In this document: one piece after another, positions 33,739-33,780 of the stretch | How positions within the stretch are numbered: the stretch's first letter is position 1 | Layout of the letters: every line of letters begins with the position of its first letter | DNA from: an uncultured Syntrophomonadaceae bacterium | GTDB taxonomy: Bacteria; Bacillota; Dethiobacteria; DTU022; PWGO01 | NCBI GenBank assembly: GCA_964402625.1 | Contig: CAYODA010000004.1 | Location: 1-33,780, forward strand | Reading direction: 5' to 3' | Length of the DNA stretch: 33,780 nucleotides | Made by a program: the position numbers and the translations under genes | Notes under the pieces: model-generated | Databases searched by the model: none | Seen by the model: only the letters and a program-made list of their open reading frames with translations | What the model was told of the DNA's origin: nothing

Positions 33739-33780
33739 AGTTGCTGCACCTCCATCTTGTTTATGTTTTGTGAGTGTCTA

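Noticed and set aside
1-33780. Scan for CRISPR arrays, transposases, integrases, phage genes and defence or toxin modules
   Set aside because: No spaced direct-repeat arrays were seen, and no ORF has recombinase, transposase or nuclease-defence hallmarks. Every ORF over 100 aa outside known genes is an antisense or alternate-frame shadow.

Overview
This window is a largely syntenic copy of the origin-proximal housekeeping and sporulation block of endospore-forming Firmicutes. The order follows Bacillus subtilis: prs-ctc-pth-fin-mfd-spoVT-yabN ... yabP-yabQ-divIC-yabR ... spoIIE ... tilS-hprT-ftsH-coaX-folate genes. The genome looks Clostridia-like. I support 32 protein genes, 26 on the + strand. 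Six are on the - strand: one orphan, a folE-folP-folB/K operon led by a CPBP-like membrane protein, and a small carbohydrate-binding-module protein. Insertions relative to the Bacillus order are: a T-box-controlled aroF-pheA pair, hup plus spoIID, ppx-feoB-feoA, the orphan membrane protein, an S58/DmpA peptidase and formate-tetrahydrofolate ligase (fhs). I found no rRNA, tRNA, CRISPR array, transposase, integrase, or recognisable defence or toxin-antitoxin module. I do not see a convincing new multi-gene system. The most interesting unexplained items are: (1) a CPBP-like membrane protein with apparently substituted catalytic residues and an unassignable ectodomain, sitting just upstream of the folate operon; (2) the orphan membrane-anchored protein, whose promoter carries three copies of a CGGGAAC half-site; (3) a roughly 250-nt non-coding stretch between convergent genes (33148-33345) with a long slippable hairpin and a GC-rich structured segment; (4) an N-terminally truncated YabN/MazG; (5) an uncharacterised N-terminal extension on FolP; (6) a T-box leader with an ambiguous specifier register and tandem terminators. 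Start codons were re-picked from RBS spacing where the ORF track over-extends. All family assignments come from motif recognition by eye and need database confirmation.
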